Source of the DNA: Eledone cirrhosa | Lineage: Eukaryota | Direction of reading: 5' to 3' | Length of the DNA: 64,000 bases | Assembly (NCBI GenBank): GCA_964016885.1 | Contig: OZ024745.1 | Location: 3,100,001 to 3,164,000, forward strand | In this document: positions 52,480 through 63,896 of the stretch, piece by piece | Position numbering within the stretch: position 1 is the stretch's first letter | Layout of the letters: each line of letters begins with the position of its first letter | Position numbers and translations under genes: made by a program | The notes under the pieces: model-generated | Database searches by the model: none | What the model was told of the DNA's origin: nothing | The model's input: only the letters and a program-made list of their open reading frames with translations

Positions 52480-54625
52480 TGTGTATCAATTGCTATCATT
52501 TGTTTCTTGATATCACTCACTCAGAAGTTTTATAATAGTGATTCATTCTGTTTCACGTGAAAGGATCACATCACTATAATAAACAGAATTTACTCATCTA
52601 CTTCAAGGTAATTTACCAATCTATACTTCAATCATTTTCTGTCTTTTCTTACCTGCTAGAATATGTGGAGCAGAGGTTGTCTTGCACACAGCCAGTCACT
52701 GAAGAATAAAGACAAGCAAATATTTTGCAAATACAATTCTTTTCTTAGGGTTAAAAGTCACTGACACTTTCCTTCCTTTAGTTCTTGACTTTTAATCTTC
52801 AACAGCTGTAGCTTCAGTCTTCTCTGGCAATTCTCTAAATGGAGAATATCACAAGTTTTATATTTTTACAAATGAATTATTTTATTATAATTATTATTAT
52901 GAAATAATCTTTTAGTGAATATGAGTGTAAACTTGAAACCAGATGAGCTGGAAGATGTATTATAGAATCTTAATACTATATATTTAGAAGAATTTCCGTT
53001 AACTCCTTTGGTACCACAAACTCACCTTGCACCATCTATGATCCTGTGATGCAAATAACTTATTTTAAACTTCATATTTAAATTAAAATTCATAATTTTA
53101 TGATGGTAACAACCGTTAGTTAAGTTGAAATGTGATTATTGAAGAGTTAAAGTCATCTGTACTTTAATTTTATATCACACTTCAAATAATTTGAAGAGTA
53201 ATTTGTTTTTGTTTTTTCACCCACAGCTACGTTTTCAAAAACACTGAATGTTCTACAACTAAGCTATACTGTAACAAAAGGCAGTTCTATATTGTCTTAT
53301 GGCACAAAACAATGTCCTTAACGATGTTAAAATATCTGGATGAACATAGAAAGCCTTTCCATCTTTGCATTTTACTTCATATTGCATTCATGTTAATTCA
53401 AGAAAATAATGTCATTCCCCACAGCATTAATAATTTAATACCAATATATTATAGTCAATTTCCTCAGCTAAACACCTTATTTTAGTATTCTATGGAATCA
53501 TTCTTACAGTGTTACATTTGTAAGTTGTCTCCAGAAAAGGCCCAATAGTCCGATTTCATCTAATATGGCTGACATTTTCATGTCCACAAAACAGTTAAGT
53601 GGTTAGTGGCAAGGTAGGCCATCCAATTGTAAATTACCCGATGAAACTGATTTTTCAAATTTGCATAAAACATCCACTTTAGCTGGTATACAAAAATGTA
53701 ATGAATTTGATCCCTATATTGTGTCTGATGCTTATCTCAGGTTTTTTTTAGAGTTAAGCAAATGAGATTTTATATATAATGTGTTGGGAAGTACATCCAT
53801 CTCTAGAAATCATACTAAAAATAGAATGCATGAGTAAGACATGTCACACCTGCTTGTCTAGTCTTCAGCTGTGACAAGCATAGAAAGCGGACATACAATT
53901 CTGATGACTGTGTATGTAGTGAAAGTTAACTTGTGTTTGTGTACAATGATTTCTTAGACACCAGCTGCACTCTTACAGAACAGTAAGAAATGGAAAATGC
54001 AGCCACACAGGTTACTGAAAGAATAGCAACTGCTACTACCTATACTACATTTGTCATGTACTCCCATGAACAAGGAAACTGGCAATGTTTTGTTGTAGAC
54101 ATGCATGAATCCATTACAACAACCACTTTTAAAACATCCATTACCTGTTTGTAGTTCTACAAAGTTCCTGTGAATGAATCATACATAGAATTGCTTTCAC
54201 TTTTCAGGTAGATTGGTCTTTCTCCTTCCTAATGACCCAACATTAACTAGGAGGACCAGAAATTGAACAATCTTTTAGATTTGGGATCAGAGCTTCCTTC
54301 TGGGCATATATTCCGACAAGAATTAGTCTTACATCACATTAGTTCACTATCTCAACTATTTCTGTTCTTACGCACTTTTGCTTGCCATTGACCCTATGTC
54401 AATTTCATGTTTTTGTATGTGTATGTGTGTGTGATGGGATACAGGTGTTTTGAAGTAACTTCCCATTACTGGAATTGAATTCAGTATTACAAGACAAGAA
54501 AATAACTTTGTAGAGCAGTTGCTACATGCAGCAACAAATTACATCACCAACAAGGTAAACTTAGTTACATCAACTCAACCAGTAAGAGTTAAATGCCTTA
54601 GTGAAGGGTACAGTATAGTGTAATG

Positions 54626-54768
54626 TTGATTTCTAATTTAGGCACAATTCCAGTAGGTGGTGGGGCTCAAAGACCAGGACAGGATTTCAACTCAGAACAT
54701 AGAGAACCAGAACAAACACTGTGAAGTATTTGCCTAATTCTCTAATAACTCTGCCAATCCACGGCCCT
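54626..54768 (-). mobile_element. Internally deleted SINE, reverse
   Basis: TTTCTAATTTAGGCACAA at one end and GATTTCAACTCAGAAC..CTCTAATAACTCTGCCAATCCACGGCCC (reverse tRNA-like head) at the other. Confidence 0.6.
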
Positions 54769-55136
54769 ACAGTGGAGGGTTGTATTGAAGTAAAATACTT
54801 CACTGATCATATGTTCACTGCTGATCAGATTAATAATATAAACATTGATCTACAAACAGCTTTCTCAATGTTTATATAACAATTTATAATTAATTATATC
54901 CTATCTTAGGTTTATAAATTAATTCTTTATGTTCTTGCACCACGTAGGAAGAAACCATTTAATAGTACTTTTAAAATAAACCAGTCTTCTTCTTCACCTA
55001 CATATTCCTGAGAGGGTTTTGGGGCAGACTCTCAAGCACACTTTCCGGCAGGTCTTGTCAGAAGCAACCATCTCCAATTGATCCGGCTGGATCCCCAAGT
55101 AATATACCAGGTCATGAGTGTTGTTATTTTGTTACT

Positions 55137-55367
55137 TTGAGGGCAGTAGGTTGACAGAATTGCTAGACTGTCAGTATTCCAACTTGAGGGTAGTAGGTTG
55201 ACAGAATTGCTAGACTGTCAGTATTCCAACTTGAGGGTAGTAGGTTGACAGAATTGCTAGACTGTCAGTATTCCAACTTGAGGGTAGTAGGTTGACAGAA
55301 TTGCTAGACTGTCAGTATTCCAACTTGAGGGTAGTAGGTTGACAGAATTGCTAGACTGTCAGTATTC
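55137..55367. repeat. 47-bp tandem repeat, ~4.9 near-perfect copies
   Basis: TTGAGGGTAGTAGGTTGACAGAATTGCTAGACTGTCAGTATTCCAAC starts at 55137, 55184, 55231, 55278 and 55325. Confidence 0.98.
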
Positions 55368-55610
55368 AATCTGACTTCACTACTTTCTGAATTCCAATTC
55401 TGCTCAGATTAACTTTACCTTTCATCCTTCCATCAAACAAAATAAAGTATCTATCAAGTACTGAGGTTGATTTAATCAACTTTGCCTTCACCCAAAATAC
55501 TTAGTGGTGTTATTTAGTTGTAACTTCCAGGATTAATAAAATAGTACCTGTCAAGTACTGGGGTCAATTTAATCAATTAATTACTGACCTTGTGCCTAAA
55601 TTAATAACCA
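55325..55610 (+). mobile_element. Diverged SINE whose head is the 47-bp repeat
   Basis: After the last unit comes TTCTGAATTCCAATTCTGC..TAACTTTACCTTTCATCC..AAATAAAGTA..AAGTACTG..CCTTGTGCCTAAATTA, the reverse-complement homologue of 32759-32871. Confidence 0.7.
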
Positions 55611-57718
55611 AGATTAGAAATGACTGCTTACTTATTTTTGATGTACTTAGTCTAGATTTTCACTTGTGTTAGGTTGTTTTTAGAGTCTGTTTGAACTTTG
55701 TATTCAAAGGTTTCTATTAAAACCCAATTTAAGCTCTCTCTATCTCTCTCCCCTGCTCTCTCATCTAAATTATCTTGATTTAAGATTGTTTTTGGTATAT
55801 TTCCCTTCTTGCTATTTTGTATCCATCTTTCCATAGATACAGGTAGGATGAAGTTTGAAAAATTGTACATAATGTATATTGCTAGAAAGATTTCTTATCG
55901 CTAACCACAATTATAGAGCAGGGAGTGGATTTTGTTTAATTGGCCGTAGAAAATGTTAAACTTGTAACCAGTTGTTCAATAGACTCACACTTGTAAACCC
56001 ACAGCCATTGTTGCCTTGCTTTCACTTATGCTTCAAACTTAAGACCATTTGTTTACACTGCTTTCAATATTATTTACATATAGAAATCAATTAATCATAT
56101 CTTACAAAGGATAGTACCACAGTCTAGTTGATTCAAATACTTAACCTTTCCTCCACATTCTCTTTCCTGCCAATTTAATATATCTTCACCATTTTAGTAT
56201 ATGGGAGAGCAAATATGTTGTCTTGCGGTTTTTGCTCTCAAGTCATCATCATTGTCTTGTTTAATATTTTTGTAGCCTCTTTCAAAGCATCTCTCTAGAG
56301 TTTTAGATCCAGGGAGAGGTTTTGGCCCAGGTTCCAGATTTTCAGTTTATCCCTCATTACCTCTTCCCCATCTACCAGGGGCCACAATCTTGCTATATTG
56401 ATGTATCTGCCCACCACCCCTGTTCACATGTCAAGTATTTATAAATATACTGAATCAGCTCTAGATGAACCTCTAGTTAATGGCCAGTGATTCATCTATC
56501 ATATTTGATGTTGTGCTGTAGATTTAGCTGAAAATTGGTATCATGGCTATTTATTTTAGCATGATAATGGACAAATTTGATGTTAACCTTCATTGGTCTC
56601 TCCCAATCTAAGTAGATCTTAATGCCATGAAACTTGGAATAAGCTTTACTATGGCATAATACTTTCTGCTAACAAACGTGAATAAAGAGTTTATTTTTAA
56701 ATATATGGAAGCATATCTTATTTTTGATAAACTAGGGTATCCTGTACAAAATAAATATTTCATTAGTCACACTTTAATATCTTTTCTGTTAAGCTTCTCA
56801 ACCAATCCATTCTTCCATTATTCTATTGTTAATTTTTTGGGAGGGATTATCATGTTTGGTCAGTGTAAATGTGTAGAGTAGGTGAATGAGTATTGAACCT
56901 GTAACCCACAATTTCTAACCTACTACAGGTGACTTGTACATCTAGACAGAACAAGCAATTCTACAAATATTGTGATTCTAACCATACAGAAGCTAAATGT
57001 GACCTATGATGAAATCATAAAACATTGGTTGTTAGATTTCTATAAATGTTTATCAAAAGAGATTTAGGATGACTATTGATTGATAATAATTTACATTAGA
57101 ACATCAACGAAGCTTACAGAGTGAATTCACACTGCTCTCATGTTCTTTTTTTTTTTTAAAGCACAATCTGGAAGTGCCTACAAAAATCAAGGGCCACCCC
57201 TTGTTTGATTTAAAGTAGTTTTCAAGCTTAAAATTTCAAATCATCATCATTTTATATCCACATTTCCATGCTTACATGAATTGGATGAGTCTTTTCCATC
57301 ACAGCATCCCTCCTCTCATTCCTTTGGTGGTAATCTCTCTCAACTTCCAATGTTTGATTACTTTTAACAGTGTACTGCTTTTTGACCAATAAAAGTAGAT
57401 GTTATTTAGGTTGCTAAGTTAACTACTTGCTTGTAGCTCACTATTCTCTAATAGTTACTGATCTAGCTACCATCTTTCTTTTAGACCACTATTTAATAAT
57501 CACTTAGAATTATGTAAACCTTTCATAAATCTTTTAGTTAATTACCAGCTTATGTCACATTTACATAATCATTTAGAATGTATCTATACATTAATATAGC
57601 AGTTTGTGTTCATGAACTCCTGAAGATGTGTTAAATTATAGAGTACTAATTAATTAAGAAGTCTTAATCCTTTGGAGTTTAACACTTAAAATAATTTCAC
57701 TAGTAGCAATGAAGTGTG

Positions 57719-57978
57719 CTGCTACATGTGAATGTAGTTCTGTGATTTCTACCAACATTCACTGCTACATGTGAATGTAGTTCTGTGATTTCTACCAACA
57801 TTCACTGCTACATGTGAATGTAGTTCTGTGATTTCTACCAACATTCACTGCTACATGTGAATGTAGTTCTGTGATTTCTACCAACATTCACTGCTACATG
57901 TGAATGTAGTTCTGTGATTTCTACCAACATTCACTGCTACATGTGAATGTAGTTCTGTGATTTCTACCAACATTCACT
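57719..57978. repeat. 43-bp tandem repeat, 6 apparently perfect copies
   Basis: Unit CTGCTACATGTGAATGTAGTTCTGTGATTTCTACCAACATTCA. The period measures 43 bp (57721 to 57764). Confidence 0.98.
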
Positions 57979-59019
57979 ACCATCTTTTATTATTATTTTT
58001 TTAAATTCTTATATCAGTGTTATTAATTGGCTCCTGTTGTTGGTGCCTTCCTCTAACTCCCTGCTTGCTGACAATTATTTTCTGACTGAACAAACAACCC
58101 TAACCCAACCCAGTTAGCCAGGGTTGGTATTTAGGTGTATGAGTCACCTTTATCAGGCTGGGAATTTCAAATTAAAGACAAAAGTTAACTGAGATGTCTA
58201 GCATAGATGGCAAATGAAATAGAATAAATATTTTGTGTGTTTGTATGAAGATGGCTACATGACACTTTTCTTGATTGTTGTGTATGCAAGAAGGGGAGTG
58301 TATTACTATATAGAATCATTTTAATTGTGTGTGTATTAGAGTGTAAAACCAACACCATTATTAATTTTGCATGTGTAAGTAGTAGGGTGGTATATGATAG
58401 AAGGAGTAGAGTCAGTCATACAACACTTCTTAATTGCATTGTTTCCAACATATTTTTTACTTTATTTACTTAGTTTTTATTCATTTTATTAAAATTCTAT
58501 TCATAAGATGATTGGCTATGAATACGAAGATAAGGGCTGGGAGTAATCATACATAGACACTTCATTATTCACTCTTAAAACCAATATGCAAATTGCTGGT
58601 GATCTCTTATTTCTAAGCTATGACTAAGCTATCTTTACAGTTAGATTTTCTATTTCATTTATCAAGTTTTTATGCTATTAAAAAAAAACAAAAACTGTTT
58701 TATTTGACTAATCATAGTTTATATGGTAGTATGTGGCTGATATTTCAAAATCTGTTCCCCTCTCTCTCCCACACACATACATAGTCAGCAAATATAGATA
58801 GATCACATGACAAACATTCATATGTACACATATATCTCACTCTTGTTCATATCTTGTCCCATTTCTACATTCTTTCATTGCTTTCTATGATAGTTAATTT
58901 ATAGATGTTAATAGAAATATCGCTTGATTTCTAGTTTGTACACTTGTTTAGTCAGCCTTGTTAAAGTTACAAAAATCTTCTATCTTTATTCTGACATTTC
59001 ATGCATCTACTTGTAGTGT

Positions 59020-59280
59020 GATGTTTGGCCTAGTGGTTTGTTGGACTTAATATAATGTTGTGGGTTCAATTCCTGGCCTGTGTTGAGTGTTCTTAAGCAG
59101 AACACTTCATTTCACGTTGCTCCAGTATACTCAGCTGAAAATGAGTACCAGCAATAGCTGGGGGTTTAACCCTGCGATGGACTGGCATCCTGTCTAGGAG
59201 CGATTCTTGTACTCTCAGTTGTTTAACACCATGAAAACTGGGAAAAGCACTGGTCTAATGAGCCTCCAGGTTCTAGATTA
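59020..59280 (+). mobile_element. tRNA-derived SINE
   Basis: A-box-like TGGCCTAGTGG, B-box GGTTCAATTCC, a central ACACTTCATTTCACGTTGCTCCAGT..ACTCAGCTG block, then AACCCTGCGATGGACTGGCATCCTGTC (reminiscent of the V-SINE domain, unverified). Confidence 0.85.
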
Positions 59281-59599
59281 GTTGTGGTGTCTTCTAATAG
59301 AGATATCTTGTTCCTGTCACACTGATTTTTAGCTGTTTTAATAGAGTCCGTTTTGTTACAAGCATTTGTTTAAACTAGGTTTTACTGCAGAAACCTTGCA
59401 TTCCTGCCATAGTGGTTTCTCAAATGGATTGTTCATGTTTGTCCTTCCTCTAAGCCATTTAAGATCTTTTTTTAAATGTATGGTTAAGAAGTTTGCTTCA
59501 CGGCCATATAGTTTTGTATTCAGTCCTACTTGTGGGGGGAAATTGCTGGATGGAAACAGCTTTGGAACTTGTATGTATGTGGATATATATATAGTGTGA

Positions 59600-59786
59600 A
59601 TATATATTTATATTTGTGTGCATGTTTGTCTCTGTGACTTCAGATTGATACAACTCAAGCAACCAGTGGAATAACTACCTTACATAAAAACAAGGTCACC
59701 AAGGCATAGAAATGTTGTCTCAAGAAGTCTCTTCCAACCCATGCCACTTTTGGGGTGGGTGAGGGACATTAAAACAATGATGATGG
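59600..59786 (+). mobile_element. Degenerate SINE 3' remnant
   Basis: GGCATAGAAA..TCCAACCCATGCCAC..GGACATTAAAACAATGATGATG tail. Confidence 0.5.
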
Positions 59787-59837
59787 TGTAATTGATTTTC
59801 AATTTTATCTTGGGTTACTTCATTTCTTCTTGAAACA

Positions 59838-60017
59838 TATGAGGGTAGGCTTAAAAGTTCATAGGCTGACTATGAACAAGTGATGCTAGAGCTGTGAAAT
59901 CTTACATACATCAATTTCAACTCTTCTTATTAATATATGCATTGTTTCTTTCCAGGGACTATGTTGAAAAATAAACCTCATTTGGTCAGCCTATGAAATT
60001 TTCAGCCAACTTTCATA
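59838..60017. mobile_element. Tc1/mariner-type MITE (~180 bp)
   Basis: TIRs TATGAGGGTAGGCTTAAAAGTTCATAGGCTGAC and GTCAGCCTATGAAATTTTCAGCCAACTTTCATA with TA termini. The TAYGAGGG start is mariner-like. Confidence 0.8.
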
Positions 60018-61049
60018 TATTACAAAAAATAACACGTGTTCAATATGATATTAGTGATACTGTAATCAATCAGATATTCCACATGTAAAGCCAACTTCAA
60101 TCCTTTACTAGCATGGAAAGGAGACATTAAAACAGTGATGATGAGGAATACCTTATCAACTCTTATCTTAAAACTATTGAGGGTCTTCATCTGTTTTGTG
60201 TGTCTCAATACCTCACATTTCTCTCTGAAATATTCCTACAATATATAATACCTTACTCTTTTAGCGACACTCCCCCTCCCTCTATACACATATATACACA
60301 CAATGACTATGCTCTTTCTTACATTGTATTTCCTTTATATAGAAATATCTGATTACATTCTCAAATATAGGTACCTCCTAACCACCCTCCATCATTCTTG
60401 AATTCTTTCATTGTATCCCATTTCTTGTGTATATATTATATTATTTGTGTCTGTGTATTTTATTCAGTGTTATATACATAAGTAATAATTGTATCTAAAA
60501 ATGTCCTTATATAATGATTTGGGGGATTATTTTGAAGTAATTACAGAATTATGCAAATGTTCTATTTGTATTAGGCACTTTTATTTTCTGAATTATTATT
60601 ATCATTTTTTTTCTTTTCCTATTCAGATAATTCTCAAAAGCTTTTATTGATTTCATTTAAATTTGTCACACAGAGTAATCTTTAAAGTAATTTATGTATT
60701 TTATAATTTATCTTGTTTTATATCATTGATTTTTATCTAGCCATTGTAATGTGTAGTGTGTGTATATTCACTGTATTTGTAGTGTGTGTGTATATACACA
60801 TACCATGTGTTAGATAAGTGCTTCTCCAGTTTTGCTATTCCTAGCTGGAATTTTATTATTGACCATTAATCTTCTTGAAGACAAAATAAAATCAATCCTT
60901 TTTTTTTTGTTATTGCATCTTGTCTTGTAGCAGATATATATGTTGACGTCCCACCCAAACCAGCAAAGATGGATGGATATTAAATAATGTTATGGGAGTG
61001 TCACCAGTTTTGGTGTTTTCTCAGCAATATATATCAGCATATATATATT

Positions 61050-62192
61050 TATTTATTAAAATAACAGATTAAAGTTTAAGCAAAGAATTGCTGCTTTCAC
61101 CCTTAACGGGGTCTTCTGAAACTTAAAAAAAAAATCAATCTGTGGACGCAGAAGTAAATATTTGAAAAAACGTTACAACCGAAGGAACACAAGAAGACAA
61201 TACTTTGGTTCGTGAAGACGTTCCCTGGCAATGAATGGGAAAAAAGCATAATTACGTCGTTCTGTGGAGTGATGAGAACAATTTCACGCAAAGACAAAAC
61301 CACATTTATGGTATAGATGGAGTGATTAGACTAATATTCTATTAGAATAACCAAATGTATATGTGTATATGTATGTATATTATTATATATGGAGGCATAT
61401 GGCTTAGTGGTTAGAGCATTGGCCTTGCAATTGAAAGGTTGTGAGTTCAATTCTCAGACCGGGTGATGTGTTGTTTCCTTGAGCAAGACACTTTATTTCA
61501 CATTGCTCCAGTTTACTCAGCTGTAGAAATGAGATGATAAGGACTGGGGTCCCTATCATTCCACTGCAAAGTGGACGTGTAGGCGCCACGGCAAAAAAGC
61601 ACCCAGCACTCACTGTAAATGAGGTTGGTGTTAGGAAGGGCATCCAGCTGTAGAAATCAAGCCAGAATCAATTCCCGTCCCACCCTTGCAAGCAGGGAAA
61701 AAAGTAGACGTAAAGTGAAAATGATGAAAAAAAAAAATGAAATGATGTGCATATGTATACGTATATTTATGCGTATGTATGTGTCAGCACATACATTGGA
61801 CTAAGTCTTTTACTATTTTAATAACCTCTGTCATTTTCGTTTAACAACTTTATTTACATTATTCTTAAACTCCGCAGCTCTGAGAATGATTTGGTTATTC
61901 TAATAGAATATTAGTCTAATCACTCCATCTATACCATAAATGTGGTTTTGTCTTAGCGTGAAATTGTTCTCATCACTCCACAGAACGAAGTAATTATGCT
62001 TTTTTCCATTCATTGCCAGGGAACGTCTTCACGAACCAAAGTATTGTCTTCTTGTGTTCCTTCGATTGTAATGTTTTTTTCAAATATTTACTTCTGCGTC
62101 CACAGATTGATTTTTTTTTAGTTTCAGAAGATCTCGTTAAGGGTGAAAGCAGCGATTCTTTGATTAAATTTTAACTTGTTATTTCATAAATA
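61050..62192. repeat. ~300-bp long inverted repeat (arms 61050-61356 and 61889-62192)
   Basis: Left-arm segments such as GAAGGAACACAAGAAGACAATACTTTGGTTCGTGAAGACGTTCCCTGGCAATGAATGG and AGACAAAACCACATTTATGGTATAGATGGAGTGATTAGACTAATATTCTATTAGAATAACCAAAT appear exactly reverse-complemented in the right arm. Confidence 0.95.
61391..61747 (+). mobile_element. Full-length young tRNA-derived SINE
   Basis: A box TGGCTTAGTGG, B box GAGTTCAATTC, central TCCTTGAGCAAGACACTT and 3' GGTGTTAGGAAGGGCATCCAGCTGTAGAAA..ATGATG. Highly similar to 62405-62743. Confidence 0.93.
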
Positions 62193-62220
62193 TTTGCTCT
62201 ACGGGTTTTATATATATTTA

Positions 62221-62405
62221 TTTCATTTCATTCATTTCACGTCCGCTTTTTCCCTGCTTGCAAGGGTGGCACGGGAACTAATTCTGGCTTGATTTCTACA
62301 GCTGGATGCCCTTCCTAACACCAACCTCATTTACAGTGAGTGCTGGGTGCTTTTTTGCCATGGCACCTACACAACCACTTTGCAGTGGAATGATTTGGAC
62401 CCCAG
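62221..62405 (-). mobile_element. 3' half of the same SINE, inverted
   Basis: TTCTGGCTTGATTTCTACAGCTGGATGCCCTTCCTAACACCAACCTCATTTACAGTGAGTG is the exact reverse complement of the segment in both + copies. Confidence 0.93.
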
Positions 62406-62743
62406 CACATGGCTTAGTGGTTAGAGCATTGGGCTTGCAATCGAAAGGTTGTGAGTTCAATTCTCAGACTGGGTGATGTGTTGTTTCCTTGAGCAAGACA
62501 CTTTATTTCACATTGCTCCAGTTTACTCAGCTGTAGAAATGAGATGATAGGGACTGGGGTCCATATCATCCCACTGCAAAGTGGTCGTGGAGGTGCCACG
62601 GCAAAAAAAGCACCCACCACTCACTGTAAATGAGGTTGGTGTTAGGAAGGGCATCCAGCTGTAGAAATCAAGCCAGAATCAGTTCCCGTCCCACCCTTGC
62701 AAGCAAGGAAAAAGCGGGCGTAAAATGAAATGATGATGATGAT
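62405..62743 (+). mobile_element. Full-length young tRNA-derived SINE
   Basis: Same boxes and body as 61391-61747, with a (GAT)n tail. Confidence 0.93.
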
Positions 62744-62821
62744 TTCTTATTATTACTATATATATATGTATAAAGCTTTGAATGTTCAAAGTACTGAGAA
62801 GTTGTGAAGTTCATAGAAAAT

Positions 62822-63112
62822 ATAAGAACTCAGATGCAGAAGAAATAACTGTAAATACAGTCGTTTGCTATAAATAATAGCTAAAAAAAAATTGGGTAAA
62901 ATATCCCTGTGGACAGAAAAAAGTGGCTTAGTGTCTGCTACGAAGAATCAAAGTTTGTATTTTTCAGATACCAGCTGACTGCTCTAACCATTGAGCAGCT
63001 GAAGCACACAGTTTAATTCTATATTGTGACCGGTGGCCACTTTTTTCCATCCAGAAGCTATTTTTTATAGCTACTGCCTGTATTTACAGTTATTTCTGAG
63101 TTTTTTTAATTA
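62822..63112. mobile_element. MITE-like element with imperfect ~60-90-bp TIRs
   Basis: AGAAATAACTGTAAATACAG..GCTATAAA.AATAGCT..GAAAAAAGTGGC (62841-62927) is mirrored by GCCACTTTTTT..AGCTATT.TTTATAGC..CTGTATTTACAGTTATTTCT (63036-63097). Confidence 0.7.
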
Positions 63113-63240
63113 TAGAAAACCAGCCAGAAACAGTCCTATACGAGCAAGACACAGTCACCCGACCCACCCTGTATCAAATGGGACAAACCTGTCTAATCCA
63201 TGCTAGCGTGGAAGATAGACATTAAATGATGATGATGATA
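63111..63240 (+). mobile_element. SINE 3' remnant
   Basis: TAGAAAACCAGCCAGAA..CTGTCTAATCCATGCTAGCGTGGAAGATAGACATTAAATGATGATGAT. Confidence 0.65.
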
Positions 63241-63896
63241 TATATATAACTTTGGTAGGTTTCAGCCAGTGTTGGTTAAGACCATGCCATGTCTAACTTA
63301 ATAGCACCACCTGATATATAAATATAAGACAGAATATTTCCTAAAACTTAGTTTCCATATAGTTTACTTTGGTAGTACTCATCAGTAAATAATATATTTA
63401 TTTTTTGTTGACATTTGCCCAAAATGTCCCCAATGGGGAGATTGAACCCAAACCCACTAATTGTGAAACAATACTTTAATTACTACCCAAATTTTAATGT
63501 TTCTACTCTTATATGTATGGTTGATTTATTTAAATCCCAGCTTTGTGTCAGTTTGAAGTAAAGAATAAGTAACTTGTTTTTAGGGTGATGGGGTAGTTTT
63601 ATTTATTTATATATTTTTTGCACAGTAGTGGGGAGGGCACTTTAGAATAATAAAACTGCCTGTCCCCCAAGGCTTCTGAACAACTTGTATTCATTCTATT
63701 TGTTCTATTCTGGTCAATGTAAAGTGATATGGCAAATGTACTTTAGATTTTTTTCCCTTTAGTAGACATTGCAATGAGATTTAAAGACATTTTCTGTAAC
63801 ATTCTTGTAAAAGTTGATTGCTGTTGTCCAAGTTCATGTATTCCAGTTAACAGATCTTTACTGTCAGAAATAAGAGTTTGACAACAGAAAATAAAA

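Noticed and set aside
53440-54010. Possible mariner/DNA transposon remnants
   Set aside because: I could not recover TIR pairs or a transposase motif by eye.
58093-58135. Telomere-like AACCCTAACCCAACCC
   Set aside because: Only one true CCCTAA is present and there is no array.
61391-61470. tRNA gene (A and B boxes), also at 62405 and 59020
   Set aside because: The boxes run straight into SINE bodies and I could not form a complete cloverleaf or acceptor stem. These are SINE heads.
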